DNA from: Rhodospirillaceae bacterium
GTDB lineage: Bacteria; Pseudomonadota; Alphaproteobacteria; Rhodospirillales; Casp-alpha2
DNA: 64,000 nt
Assembly (NCBI GenBank): GCA_002696205.1
Contig: NZRL01000014.1
Coordinates: forward strand, 290-64,289
Direction: 5' to 3'
Part shown: positions 1 to 9,116 of the stretch, piece by piece
Position numbering within the stretch: position 1 is the first letter of the stretch
Layout of the letters: each line of letters starts with the position of its first letter
The notes under the pieces: model-generated
What the model was told of the DNA's origin: nothing
Database searches by the model: none
The model's input: the letters and a program-made list of their open reading frames with translations, nothing else
Position numbers and translations under genes: made by a program

Positions 1-1090
1 CGCGGTGGCCCTGGACATGCACACCAACATGTACCCCGAAATCGCCGAACAGGTGACCAGCCTGGCGGGATACCAGACCTATCCACATATCGACTTGTAC
101 GAGACGGCGCAGCGCGCCGGGCGGCCCGTCTACGCCATGATGCGGGGCGAGGCACAGCCTGTCGTCGCCTGGGGCAACCGGCCCATGCTGCCGCATATCA
201 TGCGCCAGGGCTCCGGCGATTTTCCCAACAAGGAATTGCAGGAAATGACACGGCGCATGGAGGCCGAGGGCGCGCTTTCCGCCTCGCTGTTCACCGGCTT
301 TCCGCATGCCGATATCTCGCTTGCAGGCCTGTCGGCCGTGGTCGTGACCGACGGCGACCGGGCGCTTGCCGAAAAGATGCGGGACGAGCTTTTGGATTTC
401 GCCTGGGGCGAACGTGAAGCCTTCGTCTACAAGATCGAGCCCCTGGAGGAATCCATCGCCCGCGCCAAGCAGATCACCGACGGCCCGGTGGTCCTGCTGG
501 ATCATTACGACAACGCGTCGTCGGGCGGCACGCAGGACACGACGACGGTCCTCAAGGCGATCCTGGATGCCGGATTGGAGGACGTCGCCGCCTTCGCGAT
601 CTGCGATCCCGACGCCGTCAAACAAATGGCCGCCGCCGGGATCGGCGCGGAGATCACATTGTCGCTCGGCGGCAAGGTCGACATGCCCGCCGTCAATCAG
701 ACGGGGGAGCCGATCACCGTGACCGGGCGCGTCAAGGCGCTGACCGACGGCATCTATCAGAACAAGGGCCCGGCGAGCCGCGGCGTGACCATGGACATGG
801 GGCTGTCCGGCGTGCTCGACACCGGCAAGGTTCAGATCTGCGTCATTTCCCGCCAGCAGGAACCCAACGACACGGCCTGCTTCACCTCGCTGGGCATCGA
901 CCCGGAGGAAAAAACCTTCCTGATGTTGAAAAGCCGCATCCATTACCGCGCCGGGTTCGGCAACCTGGCGAAACAGATCATCGAATGCGCCGGGACGGGG
1001 GTCTGCGGGTCGGACTATTCGCAGATGGATTTCAAGAACGTCCGGCGGCCGATTTATCCGCTGGACAACATTAACGACCCCAACCCGTGA
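1..1090 (+). CDS. M81 family metallopeptidase (MlrC-like), 5' end outside the window
   Basis: Open frame from the window edge. Motifs ALDMHTN, YQTYPHID, GFPHAD, DNASSGG and KSRIHYRA are typical of MlrC/M81 proteins. Confidence 0.85.
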   Translation, partial: AVALDMHTNMYPEIAEQVTSLAGYQTYPHIDLYETAQRAGRPVYAMMRGEAQPVVAWGNRPMLPHIMRQGSGDFPNKELQEMTRRMEAEGALSASLFTGFPHADISLAGLSAVVVTDGDRALAEKMRDELLDFAWGEREAFVYKIEPLEESIARAKQITDGPVVLLDHYDNASSGGTQDTTTVLKAILDAGLEDVAAFAICDPDAVKQMAAAGIGAEITLSLGGKVDMPAVNQTGEPITVTGRVKALTDGIYQNKGPASRGVTMDMGLSGVLDTGKVQICVISRQQEPNDTACFTSLGIDPEEKTFLMLKSRIHYRAGFGNLAKQIIECAGTGVCGSDYSQMDFKNVRRPIYPLDNINDPNP

Positions 1091-1178
1091 ATCCTTGAAG
1101 CGCAAAGGGGCGAAATCTGCTTTAATAAGGACGAGTGCTCTTTAGCTCAGCCGGACCTCCCCTTCAGAAGGATGGCGA

Positions 1179-1700
1179 ATGCTGCTGCTGCCTACTCTTG
1201 AAATGGACTTGGCGCCCTACCAGCCGTTGATCTCCCAGGAGATCGAGGCGCTGGAAGGTGACAGCACCGCTGCGCTCTACCGCTATTGGCTGGCGAAGAA
1301 GCCTGGCGACGCGCCGCCCGACTGGGCCGATTTCCACTTTTTAGACCTCTATCGGATCGCACCGGTGATGTTCGTGATGGACGTCGACGATCCGAACGAC
1401 GTGAACAAACTGCGCTACCGTCACATGGGGACGCGGATCGTCGAGTACCGGAGCCTGCGCCTGAACCCCGACCTGACGGGAAAGACATTCGGCGAGGGGG
1501 ATCGGTCCTACGACAGCCGGGCGATGGCCGAAGCCTACTGGACGGCCTGCATCAAGGCCGTGCCCGTCGTCATGCGCGGCGATTACCGGACCGAGAACGC
1601 CTTCGGGCGCCACGAACGGCTGCTCCTGCCCTGGATGATCGACGGCAAGGTCGCGCGCCTGACCGGCTGCCTCGACCGATTCCCGCCCGATCCGAAGTAA
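1179..1700 (+). CDS. stand-alone PAS-like domain protein (PAS_5 type)
   Basis: YW...P.W.DF...L......DV...RYR.MGT...DLTGK...ERLLLP pattern of alphaproteobacterial PAS_5 proteins. Confidence 0.65.
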   Translation: MLLLPTLEMDLAPYQPLISQEIEALEGDSTAALYRYWLAKKPGDAPPDWADFHFLDLYRIAPVMFVMDVDDPNDVNKLRYRHMGTRIVEYRSLRLNPDLTGKTFGEGDRSYDSRAMAEAYWTACIKAVPVVMRGDYRTENAFGRHERLLLPWMIDGKVARLTGCLDRFPPDPK

Positions 1701-1931
1701 AGCCTTCGGACCTTCGCCTCTGGGCTACCCTCGCAACCTAAACGAAACAGGCTCGGCCATCCCCCCACGACAGGCAGCGGCGATCCGCCCCGGGCCGTGG
1801 GTCGTCGTCGGCCCCCGCAACCCCTGTCTGAATGCCGCCGGGCGGCGGCATGGAAGCGGCATTCACCATGGGAGGTTGCGCCTGGCAGGGAGATACGATA
1901 CGGCCATGGGACCAACCGAGGAAACATCACA

Positions 1932-3038
1932 ATGAACGAAACGAAATGCGATATCGCCGTCATCCGGGGTGACGGTATCGGCGTCGACGTGACGGACGCC
2001 GCACTGGCCGTGATCGAGGCGGCGCGGGGACGGACCGGCGGCTTCCGCCTGGACTGCGACGATCTGGATGCGGGCGCCGGGTATTTCAAGGAAACGGGCA
2101 AGGATATCGCGCCGGGCGCGGAAGATGCCTGCGACACCGCCGACGCCATCCTGTTGGGGGCCATCGGCCTGCCGGACGTGCGCCATGCGGACGGCACGGA
2201 GATTTCTCCGCACCTCAGGCTGCGCGACCGCTTCGGCCTTTATGCCGGGGTGCGGCCCGTGAAAGCCTATGCCAACGCGCCGCAGCGCCTGGCCGATCCG
2301 CGCGCGGCGGGGATCGACCTGATCATTCTGCGCGAAAGCACCGAAGGCCTTTTCTATACCGCCGCCGCCACGGGCCGCGAGATCGTCCAGACGGACCAGG
2401 AGGTTCAGGACATCCTGCGGATCACCCGCCGGACCTCGGAGAAGCTGTTCGATTTCGCATTCAAACTCGCCGAGAAGCGCAAGGCACGCGGCAAGAAAGG
2501 CATGGTCACCTGCGTCGACAAGGCCAACGTGTTCCGCTCCATGGCCTTCTTTCGCAAGGTCTTCGACGAACGCAAGACCGCCTTCCCCGACGTGCCGGTT
2601 TCCTACAACTACGTCGACGCCCAGGCCTTGGACCTGATCCGCCGGCCCTGGGATTTCGACGTGCTGGTCATGGAAAACATGTTCGGCGACATCCTGTCGG
2701 ACCTGGCGGGCGGCCTGGTCGGCGGCATGGGAATGGCATCCTGCGCCGAGGTCGGCGATGCCCACGCCCTGTTCCAACCGGCCCATGGTTCGGCCCCCGA
2801 CATCATGGGCCAGGATAAGGCCAACCCGCTGGCGGCGATCCTGTCCGGTGCGCTGATGCTGGATTATCTGTCCGACCGCACGGGCGGCCATACGGGCCTG
2901 GCCGATGCGGCCCAGGTGATCGAGAACGCGGTCGAGAAAGGCTTCGCCGAAAACCGGCTCAGGCCCATGGAATTCGGCGGCGACATGGGGACCAAGGCGG
3001 TGACCAGGGAATTGATCGATTTGATCGGCGGCGCCTGA
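1932..3038 (+). CDS. isocitrate/isopropylmalate dehydrogenase family protein (beta-decarboxylating dehydrogenase)
   Basis: GDGIG, RESTEG, VDKANV, ENMFGDILSDL and HGSAPDI..KANP motifs. ATG at 1932 follows GAGG. Confidence 0.9.
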   Translation: MNETKCDIAVIRGDGIGVDVTDAALAVIEAARGRTGGFRLDCDDLDAGAGYFKETGKDIAPGAEDACDTADAILLGAIGLPDVRHADGTEISPHLRLRDRFGLYAGVRPVKAYANAPQRLADPRAAGIDLIILRESTEGLFYTAAATGREIVQTDQEVQDILRITRRTSEKLFDFAFKLAEKRKARGKKGMVTCVDKANVFRSMAFFRKVFDERKTAFPDVPVSYNYVDAQALDLIRRPWDFDVLVMENMFGDILSDLAGGLVGGMGMASCAEVGDAHALFQPAHGSAPDIMGQDKANPLAAILSGALMLDYLSDRTGGHTGLADAAQVIENAVEKGFAENRLRPMEFGGDMGTKAVTRELIDLIGGA

Positions 3039-3196
3039 GCGCCGGTTTCTCCCGCTTGGAGCCGCTCATCCCGGCCCTCTCCGCCGCATCGGGCCAGGCC
3101 GTTCCCGCTGGACCCTGACCCCCCTTAAGCCCGAGGGCGAAGAGAACCGGGATGAGCGGCCCCGAACCGAATTCGGGGCCGTGATACGACGGCCCG

Positions 3197-3886
3197 TCAG
3201 GCCGCCAAGGCGCCGACGCTTTCCTCGGCCAGGCGATGGGGGTCGGGGATTTCGACCCGGCGGCCCGAGAAATGCGCCAATCCTTCGTCTTCGATGCCGC
3301 GGATCACCCGCGACATGGTTTCCGACCGCACCCCGATCAACGAGGCGATATCCTGGCGCGACACGGGCAGTTCCAACAGACCCGCGTCCTCGCCGCCGCC
3401 CAGCGCCATCAGCAGGCGCAGGAACCGCACCCGGCAAGACGCCGAAACCGTTTCCATGACCTTGACCTCGGCCGCCGCCATATCGTCGGCCAGGTGGCGG
3501 AAGAACGCCATCAACAGGCCCGGTTCCTCGGCCAATGCCTTGCGAACCGTCGCCGCCGGAATGTGGCAGACCCGCGCGTCTTTCAACGCTTCGGCGCTCA
3601 CTCCATGGGGGGCGCCGGTCAGCGCCGACCGATAGCCGAAGGTCTGGCCCGGGCGAACCAGGCGCAGCAGCATGGAATCGCCTTCCGCATCGACCTTGCG
3701 GATACCGATCAGGCCCGAGGATACGCAGTAAATCCCCGACGGCTCGTCGCCTTCGTGATAAACGGGCTCGCCCGGCAGGAAATGGCGCGACCGGCGCGCG
3801 CAATCCAAACCCTTGGCGTTGCAGCCGCCCAGGACGGACCACTCACTGTCCTCGAAATGGGCGCAATTTTCGCATGAATCCAACAT
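3197..3886 (-). CDS. Crp/Fnr family transcriptional regulator (FNR/FixK-like recognition helix)
   Basis: N-terminal CENC, cNMP-binding-like beta-barrel, and C-terminal HTH SRQDIASLIGVRSETMSR carrying the FNR-type ExxSR motif. Confidence 0.88.
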   Translation of the reverse strand: MLDSCENCAHFEDSEWSVLGGCNAKGLDCARRSRHFLPGEPVYHEGDEPSGIYCVSSGLIGIRKVDAEGDSMLLRLVRPGQTFGYRSALTGAPHGVSAEALKDARVCHIPAATVRKALAEEPGLLMAFFRHLADDMAAAEVKVMETVSASCRVRFLRLLMALGGGEDAGLLELPVSRQDIASLIGVRSETMSRVIRGIEDEGLAHFSGRRVEIPDPHRLAEESVGALAA

Positions 3887-3960
3887 CTCAATTCCCCAAG
3901 TTTCGGCGCCGTTTTGGGCGCCGGGCAGGGGAAGTGTCCTGCATCCGTCGGTCCTTGAAA

Positions 3961-3974
3961 TTGATCTGCATCAA
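3961..3974. promoter_or_regulatory. FNR/FixK box (anaerobox)
   Basis: Perfect TTGAT-CTGC-ATCAA about 75 bp upstream of the Crp/Fnr gene. Confidence 0.85.
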
Positions 3975-4106
3975 TACAGGCCATTTTGCGACCGGATAGG
4001 CTCGGGAGAAGACGAAGAATCAAGGCGCCGGCCGTCGGAGGCCCCGAGGCAACGGCGCCGTCAAAGGGCGGATGGGGCCCATTGATCCCTTGGGAGACAT
4101 TGGTGA

Positions 4107-4319
4107 ATGCCCGAACAAGACGCGACGACCAACCTGGACGAAACGGTCCGCCGCTTCATCATGCGCTATGGCGACGACGCCCTGGGCGAGGCCCAACGCC
4201 GCATGCGTGAGCTTGTGGATGCGGGCGACACGGACGGCGCCGAAACCTGGCGCCGGGTCGCCGCCGCCATCGCCGCCGTCCATACCGGGGCCGGACGGCG
4301 CGGCAAGAAGCTGCACTGA
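4107..4319 (+). CDS. small hypothetical protein (70 aa)
   Basis: GGGAG RBS, host-like codon usage, helical YGDDA...GD..GA.TWRRV..AI pattern. Confidence 0.65.
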   Translation: MPEQDATTNLDETVRRFIMRYGDDALGEAQRRMRELVDAGDTDGAETWRRVAAAIAAVHTGAGRRGKKLH

Positions 4320-4353
4320 GCCACCGCCGCCGCGCCGCCGAAACTGCCGGGTA

Positions 4354-4698
4354 TTATTTCGCCGCCGTCACCATGATTTCGACCTGGGTGCCCATTTCCA
4401 ATTGCGCACCGACGCAGGCCCGGGCCGGACGGTTGAGGTCGCCCAGCCATTCCTTCCACACCTCGTTCATCGCCGGTTTGCGGCGCAGATCGTCCAGATA
4501 GATGACCGCCGACAGGATCTTCGACTTGTCCGTGCCGAAATGCGCCAGGCAGGTATCGATCTTGGCCAGGGTATCGCGGGTCTGCCCGGCGACGTCCTTG
4601 GAATTGTCGCCGCCCGTCAGGCCGCACAGGTAAACGGTCGTTTCCGTCGCCGTGCCCTGGCTCAGGATTTCGCCGGAATTCAAATGTTCGATGGTCAT
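4354..4698 (-). CDS. RidA/YjgF family protein (YoaB-like)
   Basis: VYLCG, QTRDTL, MNEVW..W, RPARACV and VEIMVTAA motifs. The ATG at 4698 has a GGAGGAG RBS. Confidence 0.88.
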   Translation of the reverse strand: MTIEHLNSGEILSQGTATETTVYLCGLTGGDNSKDVAGQTRDTLAKIDTCLAHFGTDKSKILSAVIYLDDLRRKPAMNEVWKEWLGDLNRPARACVGAQLEMGTQVEIMVTAAK

Positions 4699-4889
4699 TT
4701 GGGATATCTCCTCCATGGATGGGTTTTATGTGGCGCCATTGTCGGCCCGCCCCGGCCCGCCAGGCAATTGAAATAACGGTGATATCGCGGGAAAGGCCCG
4801 ATCACCCACCTTCCCCTACGTCAACGCCCGGGCCTTGTGCCGGGCCCCCGTGACCGGGATAATCGGGCCCGTTTTTGGGAGGATCCGGG

Positions 4890-6053
4890 ATGTTCACCAC
4901 CGGCATGACCTTTGCCTTGGGCGATGAGATCGAAGCCCTGCGCGAGACGGTGTTCCGTTTCGCCCAGGACAAGATCGCGCCGCGCGCGGCCGAAATCGAC
5001 GAAACAAACGTCTTTCCCCGCGACCTCTGGCCGGAGATGGGCAAGCTCGGCCTGCTCGGCATCACGGCGGACGAAGACCAGGGCGGGGCCGCCATGGGCT
5101 ACCTCGCCCATTGCGTGGCGATGGAGGAAATCTCCCGCGCCTCGGCCTCGGTCGCCCTGTCCTACGGCGCGCATTCGAACCTCTGCGTCAATCAGCTCAA
5201 CCGCAACGGCAATCCCGAGCAGAAGGCGAAATACCTGCCCAAGCTGATTTCGGGCGACCACCTGGGCGCCCTGGCGATGAGCGAGCCGGGGGCCGGGTCG
5301 GACGTGGTCGGCATGAAGCTGAAGGCCGAGCGGCGGAACGACCGCTATGTGCTCAACGGCAACAAGATGTGGATCACCAACGGCCCCTCGGCCGACGTCC
5401 TGGTCGTCTACGCCAAGACCCAGCCCGACGCCGGATCGAAAGGCATCACGGCCTTTCTGGTCGAAAAGGGCATGGCCGGGTTCTCGACCGCGCAGAAGCT
5501 GGACAAGTTGGGCATGCGCGGATCGGACACCTGCGAACTGGTGTTCCAGGATTGCGAAATCCCGGCGGAGAACGTGTTGGGCGAGGTCGACGGCGGCGTG
5601 AAGGTCTTGATGTCCGGCCTGGATTACGAACGCCTCGTCCTGGCCGCCGGGCCGGTCGGCATCATGCAGGCCTGCCTGGACGTCGTGATGCCTTACGTCC
5701 ACGAACGCGAACAATTCGGCCAGGCCATCGGCGAGTTTCAATTGATGCAGGGCAAGCTCGCCGACATGTACACGGACATGAACGCCTGCCGCGCCTATGT
5801 CTATGCCGTGGCCCAGGCCGCCGACCAGGGCCGCACGACCCGCAAGGACGCCGCCGGGTGCATTTTGTACGCCGCCGAAAAGGCGACCCAGGTCGCCCTG
5901 CAGGCCGTGCAGACCCTGGGCGGCATGGGCTATATCAACGAAAGCCCGACCGGGCGGCTGCTGCGCGACGCCAAGCTCTATGAAATCGGCGCCGGGACCT
6001 CGGAAATCCGCCGCATGCTGATCGGCCGCGAACTGTTTCAGGAGAGCGCCTGA
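4890..6053 (+). CDS. ivd: isovaleryl-CoA dehydrogenase
   Basis: Acyl-CoA dehydrogenase motifs [27 protein letters not shown] and [13 protein letters not shown]. Directly upstream of mccB. Confidence 0.93.
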   Translation: MFTTGMTFALGDEIEALRETVFRFAQDKIAPRAAEIDETNVFPRDLWPEMGKLGLLGITADEDQGGAAMGYLAHCVAMEEISRASASVALSYGAHSNLCVNQLNRNGNPEQKAKYLPKLISGDHLGALAMSEPGAGSDVVGMKLKAERRNDRYVLNGNKMWITNGPSADVLVVYAKTQPDAGSKGITAFLVEKGMAGFSTAQKLDKLGMRGSDTCELVFQDCEIPAENVLGEVDGGVKVLMSGLDYERLVLAAGPVGIMQACLDVVMPYVHEREQFGQAIGEFQLMQGKLADMYTDMNACRAYVYAVAQAADQGRTTRKDAAGCILYAAEKATQVALQAVQTLGGMGYINESPTGRLLRDAKLYEIGAGTSEIRRMLIGRELFQESA

Positions 6054-6076
6054 GCGCGCCGCCAAGGGAGATTCCC

Positions 6077-7690
6077 ATGCCCCAATTCGAGTCCAAACTG
6101 GACACCAAATCCGCCGCGTTCAAGAAGAACAAGGAACGCATGGACGGCCTGGTGAAAGCCCTGCAGACCAACCGCGCCGCCGTCGAAAAAGGCGGCAGCG
6201 ACAAATCGCGCGAACGCCATTTGTCGCGCGGCAAGCTGCTGCCCCGCGACCGGGTCAAGGGCCTGCTCGATCCCGGCAGCCCGTTCCTCGAGGTCGGCCA
6301 GTTGGCCGCCTGGGACATGTACGGCGGTGAGGTGCCGGGGGCCGGGATGATCGCCGGCATCGGCAAGGTTTCGGGCACGGACTGCATGGTCGTCTGCAAC
6401 GACGCCACGGTGAAGGGCGGGACGTACTACCCCGTGACCGTGAAGAAGCACCTGCGGGCCCAGGAAATCGCCATGGAGAACGGCCTGCCCTGCGTCTATC
6501 TGGTCGACAGCGGCGGGGCGAACCTGCCGAACCAGGATCAGGTCTTTCCCGACCGCGACCATTTCGGGCGCATCTTCTTCAACCAGGCCAACATGTCGGC
6601 GGCCAACATTCCGCAGATCGCCGTGGTCATGGGGTCCTGCACGGCGGGCGGCGCCTACGTCCCCGCGATGTGCGACGAAAGCGTCATCGTCAAGGAGCAA
6701 GGCACGATCTTCCTCGGCGGCCCGCCCCTGGTGAAGGCCGCGACCGGCGAGGAAGTGACGGCGGAAGACCTGGGCGGCGCCGACGTTCATTGCCGCAAGT
6801 CCGGCGTTGCCGACCATTACGCCAACGACGACGTCCATGCGCTGGACATCGCGCGGGCCGCAATCTCGCACCTCAACCGGGTCGAGACCGTGGGCGACCG
6901 GCTGGACCTGCGCACGCCGCAGGACCCGAAATACGATCCCGCCGAAATCAACGGCCTGATCCCGGCCGATCCGCGCATGCCCTATGACGTGCGCGAGGTC
7001 ATCGCGCGGATCGTCGACGGCTCCAAGTTCGATGAATTCAAACGGCTGTATGGCGAGACCATCGTCACCGGGTTCGCCCATATCGACGGCGTGCCCGTGG
7101 GCATCGTCGCCAACAACGGGATTCTGTTCTCGGCCTCGGCCCTGAAGGCGACCCATTTCATCGAGCTTTGCGATCAGCGGGGCATTCCCCTGATCTTCCT
7201 GCAGAACATCGCGGGCTTCATCGTCGGCCGCCGGTTCGAAGCCGAAGGCATCACCAAGGACGGCGCCAAGATGGTGACCGCCGTGGCGACGGCGCGGGTG
7301 CCGAAGATCACCCTGTTCATCGGGGCATCCTACGGCGGCGGCAACTACGGCATGTGCGGGCGGGCCTATTCGCCGCGCTTCCTCTGGACCTGGCCCAATT
7401 CGCGCATCGCCGTGATGGGCGGCGAACAGGCGGCGGGCGTGCTGGCGACCGTCAAGCGCGACGGCATCGAACGGGCCGGCGGCGACTGGACCAAGGAAGA
7501 CGAGACCGCCTTCAAACAGCCGATCATTGACCAATTCAACGAACAGGCCGATCCGATGTACGCCACGGCGCGCCTCTGGGACGACGGCATCATCACGCCC
7601 GCGGAAACGCGCGACGTGCTGGCGCGCTCGCTCCGCGTCGCGATCAACCGGCCGACCCCGCCAGGGCGGCTCGGCGTGTTTCGCATGTAA
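6077..7690 (+). CDS. mccB: 3-methylcrotonyl-CoA carboxylase, carboxyltransferase (beta) subunit
   Basis: [34 protein letters not shown] and the C-terminal GVFRM. Confidence 0.93.
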   Translation: MPQFESKLDTKSAAFKKNKERMDGLVKALQTNRAAVEKGGSDKSRERHLSRGKLLPRDRVKGLLDPGSPFLEVGQLAAWDMYGGEVPGAGMIAGIGKVSGTDCMVVCNDATVKGGTYYPVTVKKHLRAQEIAMENGLPCVYLVDSGGANLPNQDQVFPDRDHFGRIFFNQANMSAANIPQIAVVMGSCTAGGAYVPAMCDESVIVKEQGTIFLGGPPLVKAATGEEVTAEDLGGADVHCRKSGVADHYANDDVHALDIARAAISHLNRVETVGDRLDLRTPQDPKYDPAEINGLIPADPRMPYDVREVIARIVDGSKFDEFKRLYGETIVTGFAHIDGVPVGIVANNGILFSASALKATHFIELCDQRGIPLIFLQNIAGFIVGRRFEAEGITKDGAKMVTAVATARVPKITLFIGASYGGGNYGMCGRAYSPRFLWTWPNSRIAVMGGEQAAGVLATVKRDGIERAGGDWTKEDETAFKQPIIDQFNEQADPMYATARLWDDGIITPAETRDVLARSLRVAINRPTPPGRLGVFRM

Positions 7691-7725
7691 TCGGGCGGGC
7701 CCTCTGGGCGCCGGCTTTCCGGGCC

Positions 7726-7887
7726 CTAGCTGGTCTGCTTGGAATGCGAACAACCCTGGTAGTCGTTGACTTCGCCCATGGGCTGAGAGCTCTCCGCCTC
7801 GCCCGCCGACGACGACGGCTTCGCATTGTCGGCCCAGGATGCGGTCGAAAATCCAAGCACCAAGGCAAGGGCGATAAGAATACGCAT
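7726..7887 (-). CDS. small predicted secreted protein (53 aa), missing from the ORF track
   Basis: Manual translation MRILIALALVLGFSTASWA-DNAKPSSSAGEAESSQPMGEVNDYQGCSHSKQTS*. Classic signal peptide, with GAAGGAG/GAGG RBS upstream. Confidence 0.7.
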   Translation of the reverse strand: MRILIALALVLGFSTASWADNAKPSSSAGEAESSQPMGEVNDYQGCSHSKQTS

Positions 7888-8184
7888 GACCACCTCACTC
7901 CTTCAGGTTTATCTAATGGAAAGCCTACGCCCGAACCGCGCGACCGGCAAGGGCGATGTGGGATTCCACGCCCGCCGCGAACGGCGGCGACAGGGGGGGG
8001 GCGGGCAGACGTTCTTCAAGCGCAGTGGGGATTGCTGTTTTTGACCCAAAGCGGGCCCAAAAGGGAAAGGGGATAAAGCTCAAAATGCAGAGCAATAGCG
8101 TTGGTGAACATCACAACCTTTTACTTTTCTCACTTTCGATCATTTAGCGTTATTTGCCGCCCAAATGTCCGAGTTAGACCTTTC

Positions 8185-8511
8185 TTACATACGAGAGGAA
8201 GCAAGGACCGATAGAGCCACACATTTTACCTTTGCCACGAATCTAGTCTCGTGAACCTCCGATGGCTCCATGATCAATACGTCCAACGGTAATTCTTGCG
8301 CTGCCACTTTCAGTTGCTGTTTCAGACGCGACAGCCTTTCCCCACGCGGTCCAACGATCAAAATGTCAATATCGCAGCCTACACCGTGAAGAGACGAACC
8401 AAACATGTATGATTGAAATTCACTGAGGGCGTCGCATGAGGCTAGAAGATATGCCGCGATTTCAGGCGCTTGCTTTAGCCGCCTTTTATATACGTCTTCA
8501 GCCCTTCCCAT
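8185..8511 (-). CDS. minimal nucleotidyltransferase (MNT, Pol-beta superfamily)
   Basis: YMFGSSLHGVGCDIDILIV fits hGS...DxD, with a third acidic residue in LPLDVLIM. About 108 aa. Start is ATG 8511 or GTG 8526, overlapping the upstream gene. Confidence 0.78.
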   Translation of the reverse strand: MGRAEDVYKRRLKQAPEIAAYLLASCDALSEFQSYMFGSSLHGVGCDIDILIVGPRGERLSRLKQQLKVAAQELPLDVLIMEPSEVHETRFVAKVKCVALSVLASSRM

Positions 8512-9116
8512 TTCATAACCTCGCACCCGAGTTCACGTCCCGCATCCAGTGCTGCCTGCGGCGGATTGCCGTTCGGATTGATGTTCCAGATGACATCGAC
8601 GGGACCGAACATATCCCAAAAACTACGAACAACGTCGGCCGTAGGCTCGTAATCCGCAACCATGCCCAATCTGATTGACCGGCCGTCTTTCAGTTCAAGA
8701 CGATAAACTCGATCAAACTCCCGCTCGATCCCTGTAACAAGGCCATATTGCCAAAGCAATCTATCTGAGAATGCGAACGTCTTATGCGAAGCGGAATTGG
8801 CATTTCCCTCAGTTGCGGCGGCCGTAAGAGTTCCGAAACTCCCCCAGCCTATTCCGTGGTCTCTTAGGTATGTGATTGCGTCTCCGTGCCAAATACAGGA
8901 CACCCTATAGCCGCAAAGGAAGTCCATATCCGGCTCTTTTTTGTGGTATTGTGATGCGACGTTTCTATCGATCGTCTCCGCTGCCGAAATGACCGAGATT
9001 ACGTCTGGTTGATCCGGCGCACAAATCTTGACCGTCTCGTCATGCAGATGTTCGGCTGTTAATTTACTTCCGGGTGTATGAATGTTCTCAAGGGCATAGT
9101 TTATCTGCCAAGTCAT
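8475..9116 (-). CDS. hypothetical protein (213 aa), possible tandem alpha/beta repeat
   Basis: The ATG at 9116 overlaps the HNH stop codon (ATGA). No family recognised. Confidence 0.75.
   Translation of the reverse strand: MTWQINYALENIHTPGSKLTAEHLHDETVKICAPDQPDVISVISAAETIDRNVASQYHKKEPDMDFLCGYRVSCIWHGDAITYLRDHGIGWGSFGTLTAAATEGNANSASHKTFAFSDRLLWQYGLVTGIEREFDRVYRLELKDGRSIRLGMVADYEPTADVVRSFWDMFGPVDVIWNINPNGNPPQAALDAGRELGCEVMKWEGLKTYIKGG

Noticed and set aside
1932-3038. Assigning leuB
   Set aside because: The family is clear, but it could equally be a tartrate/D-malate-type paralogue, and there is no leuCD context.
8060-8184. Possible integron attC site: GTCTAAC (RYYTAAC) just after the NTase stop on the minus strand
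   Set aside because: I found no matching GTTRRRY end or extended hairpin downstream, and there is no integron integrase in the window.
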